From Malacoraja senta (Eukaryota): a stretch of 64,000 nt of DNA. The stretch covers positions 1-64,000 of the forward strand of contig JAXLNO010000612.1 of assembly GCA_038087875.1 (NCBI GenBank). The letters run 5' to 3'. The position numbers were made by a program, and so were the translations under genes. Positions 24,431 to 37,945 of this stretch are shown piece after piece. Below the pieces are notes generated by a model. The model searched no databases. It saw nothing but the letters and a program-made list of their open reading frames with translations, and was not told where the DNA came from. The stretch's first letter is position 1. Each line of letters starts with the position of its first letter.

Positions 24431-25519
24431 TAAAACACAGCTAGAATGCAGTGCAAGGGTTTGGTAAGCAAAAAACAGTGTGCTGGAGAAACTGAGCAGA
24501 TCCACTGTGAAGACTAATGTAGGGTCCTGACCCGAAACTTTGTCTGTCCATTTCCCTCCACAGATGCTGCCTGGTCTGCTGCGTGGTTCAAGATTCCAGC
24601 ACCTGCAGTCACTTGTGTCTCCAAAGGTTTGATAAGGTTGGCGGAAGTTTAGAAAGAGCAGACTTGCAGATGGGTCTCTGTTTGGCCCCGTGGATGAGGT
24701 GAAGAAGAAGAAAGGGCTCTATTTGCTGAGGAAGTCATCTACTGAAATGGCACATCAGATGGACACATTGCAATAATGAGACAACCTGCTCTTGTGTGAG
24801 AAAAGAAGTAACACTCAATGATGCTTACATAGTGAAAGAACATGTCTTAGTCAAGTGCAATTTTTTAAAAAGTGCAAGGTCTACAATGGGTAGGTTTGGA
24901 GATCATGACTATACCCTTGTTTATGGGAAGTCTGTTTCACAGTTTAAATGTCCATTTACCAAAGTATATATTGCTACAAAATGGAAAGTGATGTCAACCA
25001 ATTGTTTTTATGTGAGTGAGTACGACAAGACCTTGGAATTCTAACAATGTGTAAAATATCACTCTGTCACTGTGATTATTTCCTCTTTCAATAGCTCCTC
25101 TGTGTGCAATCCGTATGGTTTCACAGGAGATCGAGGAAGGAGCTCAAATATAAGCTGACGGTTATGTTTGGTATTTTCATCTCACAATCAGCATGTTCTT
25201 TGACTGATTTTGAACCGACGTCTTTGGTTACAGTTTTCAGGCAAGAGAGTTCAAATATCTTTATTAGGAGTAGATGCTCAATATCCTGATTAGCAGCAGT
25301 ATCAGATAGCACCATTCATGTGACTGGTTGAAGCAAAGTGCCAGAGAGAGAGAGAGAGGTGTTGATTTATCTGCACGGTTTATCTATCATGTACGCACTC
25401 GTATTAAAATTGTTACTCAGTTTGGCATGAGTTAAATATTGAATTGGCATATTAGACCTCACATTTGCTAGGGTTATATTAGATTTGTTTTCCCAAAAGA
25501 GCGACTATGCAATAATTTA

Positions 25520-26490
25520 CCAGACCAGGGCATCGGGGATGTCCTCATTCTTCAGGAAACGTGGGTTCCCCTCTTCTATTATAGATGAGGCTCTCACCAA
25601 GGTCTCCTCTATATCCCGCAGCTCCGCTCTCACTCCCCATCCCCCCTACAAAGTCCCCCTTCTCCTCACCTTCCACCCCATCAGGCGGCGCATACAAAAT
25701 ATAATCCTCCGACACTTTCGCCACCTCCAGCAAGATCCTACCACTGGCCACATCTTCCCATCTCCTCCCCTGTCTGCTTTCCGTAGAGACTGTTCCCTCC
25801 ATAATTCCCTGGTCAATTTGTCCCTTCCCACCCAGACCACCCCCTCCCCTGGTACTTTCCCCTGCAACCGCAGGAAATGTCACACCCGTCGCTTTACCTC
25901 CCCCCTTGACTCCATCCAAGGACCTAAACAGGTGAGGCAGCGGTTCACCTGCACCTCCTCCAACCTCATCCACTGCATCCGCTGTCGTAGGTGTCACATT
26001 CTCTACATCGGCGAGACCAAGCGTAGGCTTGGCGACCACTTCGCCCAACACCTCCGCTCAGTTCGTACTAACCAACCTGATCTTCCGGTTGCCCAGCACT
26101 TCAACTCCCCCTCCCATTCTGAATCTGACCTTTCGGTCCTGTGCCTCCTCCATTGCCAGAGTGAGGCCCAGTGCAAATTGGAGGAACAACACCTCAGATT
26201 TCGCTTGGGTAGTTTACACCCCAGCGGTATGAACTCTAATTTCAGGTAGTCCTTGCTTTCTCCATCCTTCCCCTCCCCCTTCCCAGCTCTCCCAACAGCC
26301 TACTGTCTCCGCCTCTTCCTTTCTTCCACCCCCCCCCTCCCACCCCCCCCAGACATCAGTCTGAACAATGGTCTCGACCCGAAACGTCGCCTACTCCTTT
26401 TCTCCATAGATGCTGCCTCGCCTGCTGAGTTTCTCCAGCATTTTTTGTCTACTTTCAATTTCTCCAGCATCTGCAGTTCCTTCTTAAACA
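25520..26490 (+). mobile_element. Penelope-like retroelement 3' part (GIY-YIG endonuclease and terminal repeat)
   Basis: FTCTSSNLIHCIRC..YIGETKRRLGDHFAQHLRSV..PVAQHFN..RLGSLHPSGMN; terminal CTGAA.AA.GGTCTCGACCCGAAACGTC. Confidence 0.9.
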
Positions 26491-26513
26491 TGCAATAATT
26501 TACGGTAATTAAC

Positions 26514-26754
26514 CTGACTGAGGTTGAGCAGACAACACTGCAGACTTTACTGTTGAAGGTTGGAGGTCTGTTCCAAAGTAATCCACCGTGGGGCGTAAGA
26601 GATTAATATTGGAATGTAAAATAATAGAATACTGATACAACTTAAACCAGCCAAATTCCATTGAATATTCATTTCTTTTAGGACTGTGGAAACAATCTGT
26701 GTGGTCTTTCCATATTTGAAAATAATTAAAAGAAATCGTATTCTGGTCGGACAT
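26514..26754 (-). CDS. candidate internal coding exon (241 nt, phase 0 to 1) of the unidentified gene
   Basis: Acceptor aaatcctttacAG, donor CAG|GTtaat; open frame MSDQNTISFNYFQIWKDHTDCFHSPKRNEYSMEFGWFKLYQYSIILHSNINLLRPTVDYFGTDLQPSTVKSAVLSAQPQS; unique island between TEs. Confidence 0.4.
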
Positions 26755-26884
26755 CTGTAAAGGATTTGTTTATGAGCAGTTCACATGGTCATTCGACCCA
26801 TCGTCTACTCCGCCATTCAATCATGGCAGATCTATCTCTCCCTCCCAACTCAATTCTCCTGACTTCTCCCCATAACCCCTGGCT

Positions 26885-27582
26885 GTTTTCATCAATGGGA
26901 TGATGGTGGAGAGAGTCAAAAACTTCAAATTCCTGGGCGTGCATATTTCTGACGATCTTTCCTGGACCCAGCACACTGATGCAATCATAAAGAAAGCACA
27001 TCAGTGCCTCTACTTGCTGAGAAGATTCCGGAGATTTGGTATGTCACAGAGGATTCTCTTGAACCTCTACAGGTGCACAGTAGAGAGCACACTGATTGGT
27101 TGCATCGTGGCCTGGTTCAGCAACTTGAACATCCAGGAGCGGAAAAGACTACAAAAAGTTGTAAACACTGCCCAGGCCATCACCGGCTCTGACCTCCCCA
27201 TCATCGTAGGGATTTATCATAGTCGCTGCCTCAAAAAGGTAGCCAACATCGTCAAAGACCGACACCATCCTGCCGCACACTCATCTCACCACTGTCATCG
27301 GGAAGAAGGTATAGGAGCCTGAGAACTGTAACGTCCAGGTACAGAAACAGCTTCTTCCCTACAGCCATCAGGCTATTAAACACTACAACCTCATAAGCTC
27401 TGAACTACAATAGACTATTATTATTATTATTATTATTGCACTGTTATTGTTTGTTCTTTCACTTCCTGAGTTATTGTTATATTATTTATTATGATTACAT
27501 ATTCTGTTGTGCTGCAGCAAGTACAAATTGCATTGTTCTATCTGGGACATATGACAATAAAACACTCTTGACTCTTGACTCT
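26885..27582 (+). mobile_element. Rex1/Babar LINE 3' fragment
   Basis: VERVKNFKFLGVHISDDLSW..KKAHQCLYLLRR..YRCTVESTLIGCIVAWF; SFFPTAIRLLN; (GACTCTT)n tail. Confidence 0.88.
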
Positions 27583-27680
27583 CGGCACCCGTACAAATCA
27601 AGAATCTACCTATCTCTGCCTTAAAAATATTCATTGACTTGGCCTCCACAGCCTTCTGTGGCAAAGAATTTCACAGATTC

Positions 27681-29304
27681 AATAGACAATAGACAATTGG
27701 TGCAGGAATAGGCCATTCGGCCATTCATGCCAGCACCGCCATTCACTGTGATCATGACTGATCATCTACATTCAGTACCCCGTTCATTCCTTCTCCCCAT
27801 ATCCCCTGACTCCGCTATCTTTAAGAGCTCTTCTAACTCTCTCTTGAAAGCATCCAGAGAATTGGCCTCCACTGCCTTCTGAGGTAGATAATTTCACACA
27901 CTCACAACTATCTGTGTGAAAAAGTTTTTCCTCATCTCCGTTCTAAATGGCGTACCCATTATTCTTAAACTGTGGACCCTGGTTCTGGACTTCCCCAACA
28001 CCGGGAACACGTTTCCTGCCTCGAGCATGTCCAAACCCTTAATAATCATATGTTTCAATAAGATCCCCTCTCATCCTTCTAAACTCCAGAGTATACAAGC
28101 CCAGCCTCTCCATTCTATCAACATATGACAGTCCTGCCATCCAGCGAATTAACCTCGTGAACCTACACTGCACTCCTTCAATAGCAAGAATGTCCTTCCT
28201 CAAATTTGGAGACCAAAACTGCACACCATACTCCAGGTGTGGTCTCATTAGGGCCCTGTACAACTGAAGAAGGTCCTCTTTGCTCATAAACTCAACTCCT
28301 CTTGTTATGAAGCCCAACATGTAATTCGCTTTCTTTACTGCCAGCTGTACCTGCATGCTTACTTTTAGTGACTGATGAACAAGGACACCCCAGATCTCAT
28401 TGTACTTCCCCTTTTCCCAACTGGACACCATTCAGATAATAATCTGGCTTCCTGTTTTTGCCACCAAGGTGGATAACCTCATATTTATCTTCATTAAACT
28501 GCATCTGCCATGCATCTGCCCACTCACCCAACCTGTTCAAGTCACCCTGCATCCTCACAGCATCCTCCTCAAAGTTCAACCTGCCACCCAGCTTTGTGTC
28601 ATCTGCAAAATTACTAATGTTACTTTTAATCCCTTCATCTAAATCATTAATATATGTTGTAAATAGCTGCGGTCCCAGCAGCGAGCCTTGTGGTACCCCA
28701 CTAGTCACTGGCTGCTATTCTGAAATGGACCCATTTATCCCTACTCTTTGTTTCCTGTCTGCTAACCAATTTTCTATCCATGTCAGTACCCTCCCTCAAA
28801 TCCATGCACTCTAATTTTGCCCACTAATCTCCTATGTGGGACCTTATCAAATGCTTTCTGAAAATCGAGGTACACTACATCACTGGCTCTCCCTTGTCCA
28901 TTTTCCTAATTACATCCTCAAACAAATTCCTTAATCAAGCATGATTTTCCCTTTGCAAATCCATGCTGACTCGGATCGATCCTGTTACTGCTATCCAAAT
29001 CTGCCACTATTTCATCTTTTATAATTGACTCCAGCATCTTCCCCACCACCGATGTCAGGCTAACTGGTCTGTTTTCTCTCTCCTGCTTTTCATAAAAAAA
29101 GTGGGATAACATTAGCTCCCCTCCAATCCACAGGAACTGATCCTGAATCCATAGAACATTGGAAAATGATCACCAATGCATCCACGATTTCCAGATTTCC
29201 TTAAGTACCCTGGGATGCAGACCATCAGACCCTGTGGATTTATCAGCCTTCAGTCCCATCAGGCTACCCAACACCATTTCCTGCCTAATGTGAATTTCCT
29301 TCAG
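27681..29304 (-). mobile_element. CR1/HER1-like LINE, 5'-truncated, inserted in an older CR1 3' fragment (27585-29440)
   Basis: RPVSLTSVVGKMLESIIK, GVPQGSLLGP, FADDTKL, LYRALMRPHLEY; (CAATAGA)n tail at 27680; flanks rejoin as CACAGATTC|ACCACCCTCTGACT. Confidence 0.92.
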
Positions 29305-29689
29305 ATTCACCACCCTCTGACTGTAGAAATTCCTCCTCATCTCCTTCCTAAAGGAACATCCTTTAATTCTTAGGCGATGACCTCAGGTCCTAGACTCTCC
29401 CACTAGTGGAAACATTCTCTCCACAAACATTCCATCCAAGCCTCAATTCAATTACAAAACCATAAAAAGATGGAAAATTCATTTTCTCTTGTCGTATCAA
29501 GCAGGGGTATCTGAAGGGCTTTCTGTAGGAGTGCGATCTATCTCACAAAAGATAAGGGAATGCAAAATTGTGGGATTAATTTCATGTCGACTCAGATGGA
29601 AATTTGAACATTATTTCTGCTTGCTCTGTGAGGTGCTTAACTTCATCAGCAGCTCCTGGGGATCGAGGTTGAATTTTCACCTTGGTCTT

Positions 29690-30270
29690 TTGGGATCTTG
29701 GGTGGCTGATGAGACCAACGGTGGAACAAGAGATTCTCCACACAGCCGGGGTGGGGGCTGGGCAGATGAGTGGTCTGTGAGATGGTCTACTTCTTCTGTT
29801 GCCTTCTGTGTGCCCCTGGTGCATGTACTCAATGCCCTCGACACCATCCCAAATGCTCCTTCTCCACTTTCTGCGGTCAGAGGGCCACAGCTTTCCAAGA
29901 GTCAGTTTGGATATTACAGTCCTTGAAGGAAACTTTGTGCACATCCTTGAATCTTTTCCTCCATCTGCCTTGGAATTTTTTCTTATATATATATATAGTC
30001 AGGTTTCAGAAGCATACAGGAGGCAGGAACCTCTGCCATCCAGTAGACCATGAGTTTTGTGTCAGGTCCAGGGGCTTAAATTTTTGTAATTCCTTTTCTG
30101 TAATCATCCTTTGCAGATGCTGGTGGATTTCAGTGATTGATCTCCAGTCTTTGCTGAGAAATTGCTGCTGAGATATGAGAAGTGTTCTATATTTTCCAGG
30201 GTCTCACCTGGAACCTTTATTTTCTGGGGGCAATGTGATACCGCAAGAATAGGTTGGTATAAGATCTTTA
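29690..30270 (-). mobile_element. RTE-clade LINE fossil
   Basis: GETLENIEHFSYLSS, LLYASET, SDRRKWRRSIWDG, VGLISH (C-terminal zinc finger remnant); more RT remnant at ~30780-30890. Confidence 0.7.
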
Positions 30271-30284
30271 TTTTGTGGCTGGAC

Positions 30285-30775
30285 AATAGGAACCGCAGAT
30301 GCTGCTTAACAGAAAAAGACACAAAGGGCTGGAGTAACTCAGCGGGTCAGGCAGCATCTCTCAAAGACATGGATGGGCAACGTTTTGGGTCGGGACCCTT
30401 CTTCAGACTAATTGTAGTGTGGGGGACGGAGGAGAAAGCTGCAAAAGCTATAACCCACCTTTCTTTCCCCCTCCTCCCTTCCCCATTTATCTTTATTTCA
30501 CATGTTTTGTCTTTTCATCTCTGGCCTTTGTCCAACCATTTTCCAATTGAAATCCTCCCTCTGTTGTATCCACCTATCACTTACCAAACTTTATCCCACT
30601 CCTACTTTTCTTCCAGCTTTCTTGCCAAGCCCCCACATTAATAAGTCTGCAGAAGGGTGCAGACACAAAACATCACGTATACATGTTCTCCAGATATGCT
30701 GCCTGACCCGTTGAGTTACTCCAGCACTTAGCGTATTTTTTTTGTAAACCAGCATCTGCAATTCCTAGTGTCTAC
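30285..30775. mobile_element. Penelope-derived element with inverted ends
   Basis: Left minus-strand end (..GGGACCCTTCTTCAGACT), right plus-strand end (AGTCTGCAGAAGGG..GATATGCTGCCTGACCCG). Confidence 0.7.
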
Positions 30776-30904
30776 ATGGTGACTAAGGGAGCAGCTCTGC
30801 AGCCACTAGGAGGAGGTGGTTGAGAAGGATGGCAGCAATGATTTTCCCTGAGGCAATCAATTGAACTTGTCTTCTTGCTTGAAGATGGTCATGAATACAT
30901 TTGA

Positions 30905-31315
30905 CTGCGCTGGGCCTGTATTCGCTGGAGTTTGAATGGTACCCTCATTGCAACTTACCGAATAGTGAAAGGCGTGGATTGAGTGGAAGTGGAGAGGATG
31001 TTTCCACTAGTGGGAGAGTCTAGGGCCAGAGGTCATAGCCTCAGAATGAAAGGACGTACCTTCAGAAAGCAGATGAGGAGGAATTTCTTTAGCCAGAGGG
31101 TGGTGAATCTGTGTAATTCATTGCCACGGACGGCTGTGGAGGCCGTGTACTAGGTATTTTTAAAGCGGAGATTGACAGATTCTTGATTAATACGGTTGTC
31201 AAACGTTATGTGGAGAAGGTAGGGGAATGGGGTTGGGAAGGAAAGATAGATCAGCCGTGATTGAATGGCGGAGTAGACCCGATGGGCAAATGGCCTAATT
31301 CTGATCCTATCACAT
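30905..31315 (+). mobile_element. CR1 3' fragment
   Basis: GATGTTTCCACTAGTGGGAGAGTCTAGG..GAGGGTGGTGAATCTGTG plus UTR. Confidence 0.85.
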
Positions 31316-31769
31316 GATATTATGATAAGGAAGATTTTTGGCTGGAATTTTTCAAGACTATATTTGAGGATTTCAGGGGGATTATCAAAAGTTCTCAAAA
31401 CTTTGGTATTTTAGAGTTGAAACACAGTTTTCTTATTGATCAGATGCAGTGACAAAGCTGGCCCAGAAAGTATGCTGTGGAATGGAATTAAGTGCACTTA
31501 TGTCAAGGACAGAGTTATTGTTGAGGAAGTCAGTGAAGTGTTCCCTTCTGTAAGTATTGGCTGTTTCTCTGTCCCTGATGAGCATGCAACAAAAAAAAGC
31601 TTTTCGCTATATCTCTGCACACATGACAATAAACTAAAGTAAACTAAATTCAACAATCACCATCTTGATTTCAAGGTTGTAATTTAATATTTGCTGACAA
31701 TGCAGCTGTGAACTATGATTTGGAACATTCAGAGCTTGCAGCTCCAAATTCCTGGGCATTAACATCAAT

Positions 31770-32215
31770 AGTTAACATATGATGAGTGTTTGTCGGCACT
31801 GAGCCTGTACTCGCAGGAGTTTAGAAGAATGAGGGGGCCCCCATTGAAACTTACCGAATAGTTAAAGGCTTGGATAGACTGGATGTGGTGAGGATATTTT
31901 TACTTGTGGGAGAGTCTAGGACTTGAGGTCATAGCCATAGAATTAAAGGACGTTCATTTAGGAAGATGAGGAGGAATTTCTTTAGTCAGAGGGTGGTGAA
32001 TCTGTGGAATTCTTTGCCACAGAAGGCTGTGGAGGCCAAGTCAATGGAGATTTTTAAGGCAGAGATAGATAGATTCTTGATTAGTTCGGATGTCAGGGGT
32101 TATGGGGAGAAGGCAGGAGAATGGGGTTAGGAGGGAGAGATAGATCAGCCATGATTGAATGGCGAAGTAGATTTAATTGGGCTGAATGGCCTAATTCTGC
32201 TCCTATCACTTATGA
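31770..32215 (+). mobile_element. CR1 3' fragment
   Basis: Same family as 30905-31315. Confidence 0.85.
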
Positions 32216-32239
32216 TCTTACAAGTTTAATGAGATTTGT

Positions 32240-33265
32240 CAAGTCTATGGATACTCAAACTTTTACAGATTTTCTGTGGTAAACATCCTGATGGATTGCA
32301 AAATGGCCTGATATTGCGATTCCAACTGACAGGAAGGCTGGACACTACAGTGAGTAGTGGAATCAGCTTGGCTCACCTTGGGCGCAGATCTCCCCACCAT
32401 CAAAAACATCTACATGCGGTGCTGCCTGAAGAAGGCAGCATCAATCATCAAAGATCCCCACCATCCGAGCCTTGCCCTCTTCTCACTGCTACCTTTGGGC
32501 AGGAGGTACAGAATCGTGATGTCCCATACCAGCATGTTCATGAACAGCTACTTTCCTCCAGCTATCTGATTCTTGAATCAACCTACACAACCCTAATTCT
32601 ACCTCGACAATGCAACACTATGGCCATTCAATCATGACTGATCTATCTCTCCCTTCACTATTATGAACTTGTTTATTTTTGCTATTATGCTTATGCCCTA
32701 ATATCTTGCTTTCTTAGTATAGTCTTTCTTTTAGATTTATACGTGTAAATGATATATAATTTATGTATAATTTAGATAGATACAAAAAGCTGGAGCAACT
32801 CAGTAGGACAGGTAGCATCTCTGGAGAAAAGGAATAAGTGACGTTTCAGGTCGAGACCCTTCTTTGTATAATTTATTTGTTGATGTTTGTCTGACCACTT
32901 GTTGTGACCACTGCCCAGTCCTTCATCGGCTCTGACCTCCCTTCCATCGAGGGGATCTATCGCAGTAGCTGCCTCGAAAAGGCTGCCAACATCATCAAGG
33001 ACCCACACCATCCTTGACACACCCTCATCTCTCCGCTACCATCAGGTAGAAGGTACAGGAGCCTGAAATCTGCAACATCCAGGTTCAGGAACAGCTTCAT
33101 CCCCACAGCCATCAGACTATTAAACACAACTTCAAACAAACTCTGAACTATAACAGCCTATTGCACTTTATCTGTTTATTTATGTATATATGTATATATA
33201 TATGTATTTATATATGTAATAATATATATATATTATGGTATATGGACACACTGATCTGTTCTGTA
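32240..33265 (+). mobile_element. two Rex1/Babar 3' fragments with an intervening Penelope end
   Basis: CLKKAASIIKDPHHP..FSLLP.GRRYR occurs twice (32350-32570, 32900-33130); the tail continues at 34308-34410. Confidence 0.75.
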
Positions 33266-33267
33266 TT

Positions 33268-34307
33268 AATGTTACAAAATATGTTACAAAACTTCCCTTC
33301 AGCGGCGCTGCAGTTCTGTCACTGCCCGTGTGTGCGACTTTGGCGCCTTTGAGAGGGGGGTTTAAAATGCGGTATTTCTCCAGCCTATTCAAATCAATAT
33401 TGAACAGGCTGTTTAGATGCTGAAGAAAAATCGCTTCGACATCGGTTTTATTAAATTTATTTTAAACTGCACTGGATAATTTAATTGCTGGAGTAAATTA
33501 AAAAGCATCTTCTAAAGCCGTCAACGCCGACAACGGGGATGGATTTCACGCACGGGACAGGTAAAAAAAAGCCGTTTATTTTACATATAAACTTGCTTCT
33601 TAGAATGCCTTTAATCAAAATTTTATGTTGCGAAAATGTGATTATGTAAATATACGAACCGGCAGTGTTTTCCCTGCCGATATGGGGTTTAAATTCACCG
33701 CAACCGCAACGTTCCAAACGATCGCATTCCACAAAATCCCACTCGCAAGATGATTTAAATGGCCATTCATTTACGGGAATTAAACACTTCCATTTGGCCT
33801 ATAAATTCATGACAATGAGATTTAAATATCATGTTATATTGTGAATTCTTGTGTGAATGATATTTGGACACTTAGGCTATTTAAAAATGTTAATCTTTTC
33901 TTAAAAAATTGATAGATGTTTAGATGTAGTAATTGAATTTTGTAATTAGATACAATTAGGTAACTAACTAATTATATGCTTTAATTTCAGGTCATCCAAG
34001 TAAGATTGTTTCATATTTGTTTCAGAATGCTTCAATCTATAATAATTGAACATTTCATTCAGTTCTCTTAATTTTTAAGAAAGTTATGGGCTTTTGACTG
34101 TACTCGATCACAGCTTTTGAGTTACGTCAATGGAAAAGCAATAGGGAACAAGATGCTAATTTCCGAGTATGAAAATGGCCATAACTTTTTTAATACTGAA
34201 GATATGAAAGTGAATTAGGTGTCAAATTAAACTTATTTTTATGCTTTATCTGATGGGATAAATTGCAGACTTGATTCTTTTAATCTCAAAATTTTGTAAC
34301 ATTGCTA
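33268..34307. mobile_element. non-autonomous DNA transposon (~1.04 kb) with short TIRs
   Basis: AATGTTACAAAAT (33268-33280) / ATTTTGTAACATT (34291-34303); ATTAATG repeated at both junctions; interrupts a Rex/Babar tail; no ORF. Confidence 0.65.
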
Positions 34308-34519
34308 ATTAATGCCTACAATATTATGTTGTGCTGCAGCAAGCAAGAATGTCATTGTCCTATCTGGGACACATGACAATAAACTCTTTCTTGACTCTTG
34401 ACTCTTGAGGGCATGTGCCTGTGATACAGCTGCAAGCAAGATTTTCATTGTATCTGCATGTCACTGTAATTGTGCATACAACAACAAACTTGAACTTGAA
34501 GAATTAAAATCATCTTCTC

Positions 34520-35360
34520 ATAACTGGTTGCAATTGTTACCGATATTCCAATATCACAAAGCTCGGCTGTAAAAGGTTGGCATGTGACGTGGGATTGCTG
34601 GTTGCAAAGGTTTACATTGAATTTTTCTGCAGTGCTAAGCATGTCAGTGAGCTGAAATCCTGCTTTGAATTTCAGGAGATGGCAGATCCGAAACTTTTGC
34701 ACCGTGTACCTACAAGATGTTTAACATTGCTCAGGGCTGTAAATAAATGTCGGAAGATTTGGCCTGAAGTGCAGTTGTCCTTGATTCAGCAAGAAGAAAG
34801 CTGACTGCAACTTATCTGGTATTTCATGAAATCTTATGAAGGTGGATTATATTTCCGACCAGATTTATCGCTCTAGTAAACTGATATTTTCAGTCTAATG
34901 CCTAAAGCTATGTTCATGTTTGAAGATGTAAGTGAGATTTTAAGAATATTGCACCTTGAAATTATAGAATCGAATAATGAAGTCATGGAATTGTACAGCA
35001 CAGTCACAGGCCCTTTGGCCCAACATGTCAATGCAAAGCATTGTCCTTTTCCATACGAATCTAATATTATCTATATTATCTATATACATACTAATCCCAC
35101 TTAGTGAACCTGAAATCAGTGAATATCTTTGACAAAGGCGATGAGCCAAATCTTCCAAAAATTATAATCTGTAGTTTTGTCATTTCAGTCAGCAATCTAT
35201 TTGTGGAGTGAATATTTAACATCAAGAAAACTCCTTGGAGAGATGAGATTGAAACAGAAATTAGCAACAAACTTAACTTCAGTGAGGCTTGAGAGGAATT
35301 TTACGACTTCGTACTTTCACAAATGTCTTGAAAGCTGCTAAATCAAATGAAAATTGGACG
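34520..35360 (+). pseudogene. hAT-superfamily transposase fossil
   Basis: CNC....KLGCKRLACDVGLLVAKVYIEF..SAKHVSELK..LLHRVPTRCLTLL.AV..W (TRW-like motif); C-terminal SNLFVE*IFN..W.DE (ERxFS-like) and LKAAKSNE; stops and frameshifts. Confidence 0.7.
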
Positions 35361-35929
35361 TGTAAAATATCTTTTTATATCTGGGTGCAAGAGAGCTTTG
35401 CACTTCATTAAAAGTAACGTACTGTACAATGCAATGTAATGTGTAATGTAAAAGGTTTTTCTTTGCTGCACACAAGATCATTTACATGATACTGAAATAA
35501 TTAAATGTGCTAGCAGAAACGACTGTATCCATTTTGTCCTTGAAACTACACAGCTATAAATATCAACACAATGATTTCATTGATTTGTGCAGAGGTCAGG
35601 CATTCAAATATCTGATCTAATCCAGTTTCAAAACATACGTGGGGTTTTGGTCTGTGGATCAGCTGGCAAACCAACAGCAAGCACGGATTACTGCAACCCA
35701 CATCAAAATTCCAGGTCCATCACAGTTGTCCTACATCTGAATGGAAGCCAACACCCAAACAGATCTCTACCTTGAAAATATTTAATGATTCCTCTTCCAT
35801 CACCCTCTTTGGAAGAAACCTCCGAAGATTCACTGTAATCAGAAAGAGAAAAAGATAATTTTATCTCCGTCTTAAATGAATGAATCCATATTTTTAAACA
35901 GTGATCTCTGCTTCTAGACTCTCCCACAA

Positions 35930-36395
35930 GAATGATCCCAGGAATGAGTAGGTTAATCTATGATGAGCGTTTGTCAGCACTGGGTCTGTACTCGCTGGAG
36001 ATCAGAAGAATGAGAGGGGACCTCTGAAACAGAATAATGAAAGGCTTCGATAGAGTGGATGTGGAAAGGATGTTTCCACCAGTGGGAAAGTCCAGGACTA
36101 GAGGTCATAGCTTCAGAATTAAAGGACATTCTTTTAGGAAGATGAGGAAAAAATTCTTTAGTCAAAAGGTGGTGAATCTGTGTAATTCTTTGCCACAGAT
36201 GGTTGTGGAGGCCAAGTCAGTGGATATTTTTAAGGCAGAGAAAGATAGATTCTTGATTAGTACAGGTGTCAGATGTTATGGGGAGAAGGCATGAGAATGT
36301 GGTTATGAGGGAGAGATAAATCAGCCATGATTGGATGGCAGAGTAGATTTGATTGGCCAAATGGCTTAATTCTACTACTATTCCTTATGACATGA
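35930..36395 (+). mobile_element. CR1 3' fragment
   Basis: DRVDVERMFPPVGKSRTRGHSFRIKG..FFSQKVVNL. Confidence 0.88.
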
Positions 36396-37049
36396 CAAGG
36401 GCAAATATGCTGACCAGATCCACCTTGTCAAGACCTCTCATTACATTATATGTTTTCATCAAGTCTTCTCACACATTAGTCCAGTAAACCCTTACTCAAT
36501 TGCTTCCTGAGGATTATATTCTCCCAAAAGAAAGAGAAGTATATTGTACACGGCACTCCAATTGTGCTCACACCAGCTTCTGATACAAATGAAGCAAAAC
36601 TTTCTTACAATTGAATTTAATTTCTCTCTCAATAATTGCTAACATTTTGATAGCTTTCCCAGTTACTGGCTGCCTTTCAGCCTTTTGTCATTGATGCACA
36701 AGGACATCCCGATTCCTCTGCACCTCCCAACTCTGTGATCTATCATCTTTTAGATAATATGGTTGTGTTATTTCCCTTACCTGAGTGAATAATCTCACCT
36801 TTTCCTTAATTTGTTTGTTATTTCCACACTCGATTAATGTATACATATTCTGTTGTGCTGCTGCAAGTTTAGAATGACATTGTTCTATCTGAGACCTATG
36901 ACAATAAAACACTCTTGACTCTATCTGTATCCCTTTCTGAGCTTAATGTCAGCTCTTGGGTCTATGTTTGGACCAAGGCAGAGATCAGGTCTGGAGGTGA
37001 AACCCAGAATATGCATCATTGGGTAGCTTGTTGGGGAGCAGGTTCATAA

Positions 37050-37945
37050 GGCATAGGTGCAGATTTAAGACATTTGGCCCATCGAGTCTACTCCACCATT
37101 CAATCAAGGCTTATTTATCTTTTCATCTCAATCCCATTCTCCTGCCCATTCCCCATAACCTTTGACACCCTTACTATGAATTCCACAGATTCACCACCCT
37201 CTGACTGAAGACATTTCTTCTTCATCTCCTTTCCAAAGGTATGTCCTTTTATTCTGATGTTGTATCCTGTGGTTCCAGACTCCCCCAGGAGTGGAAACAT
37301 CTTCTCCACATTCACTCTATCCAGGCCTTTTATTATTTGGTAAGTTTCAATGAGGTCCCCCTCAACCTTCTAAATTCCAGCGAGTTCGGGCGCCCATTGC
37401 CATCAAACGTTCATCATATGTTAACCCAATCATCCCTTGGATCATTCTCGTAAACTTCCTCTGGACCCTCTCCAACGGCAGCATATACCTCCTCAGATAT
37501 GGGGCCCAAAACTGCTCACAATACTCCAAATGCAGTCTGACCAGTGCCTTATAAAGCCTCAGCATCCCCATTTTTGTAATGTACTAGTTTGAAAATAAAT
37601 GCTAACATTGCATTTGCTTTCCTTATTACCGATTCAACTTGAAAATTAAACTTTTGGGAATTCTGCACCAGAAATCCCAGGTCTCTTTGCACGTCCAATT
37701 TCTGAATTCTCTCCCCATTTAGAAAATAGTCTACGCCGCTATTCCTACTACCAAAGTGCATGACCGCACACTTTGTTACGCAGTATTCTACCTGCCACTT
37801 CTTTGTCAACTTTTCCAACCTGTCCTTCCGCAGAATCCCTGCTTCCTCTACATTATCGGCACCTCCATCTATCTTCATATCATCTGCAAACTTGTCTACA
37901 AAGCCTTCAATCCCCTCATCCAAAACATTGATATACAACACGAAG
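37050..37945 (-). mobile_element. CR1 fragment (RT to 3' UTR)
   Basis: KFADDMKI, LYKALVRLHLEYC, FPLLGES. Confidence 0.88.

Noticed and set aside
25121..25315. 64-aa minus-strand ORF in unique sequence
   Set aside because: The best acceptor leads to an immediate stop; no donor or homology recognised
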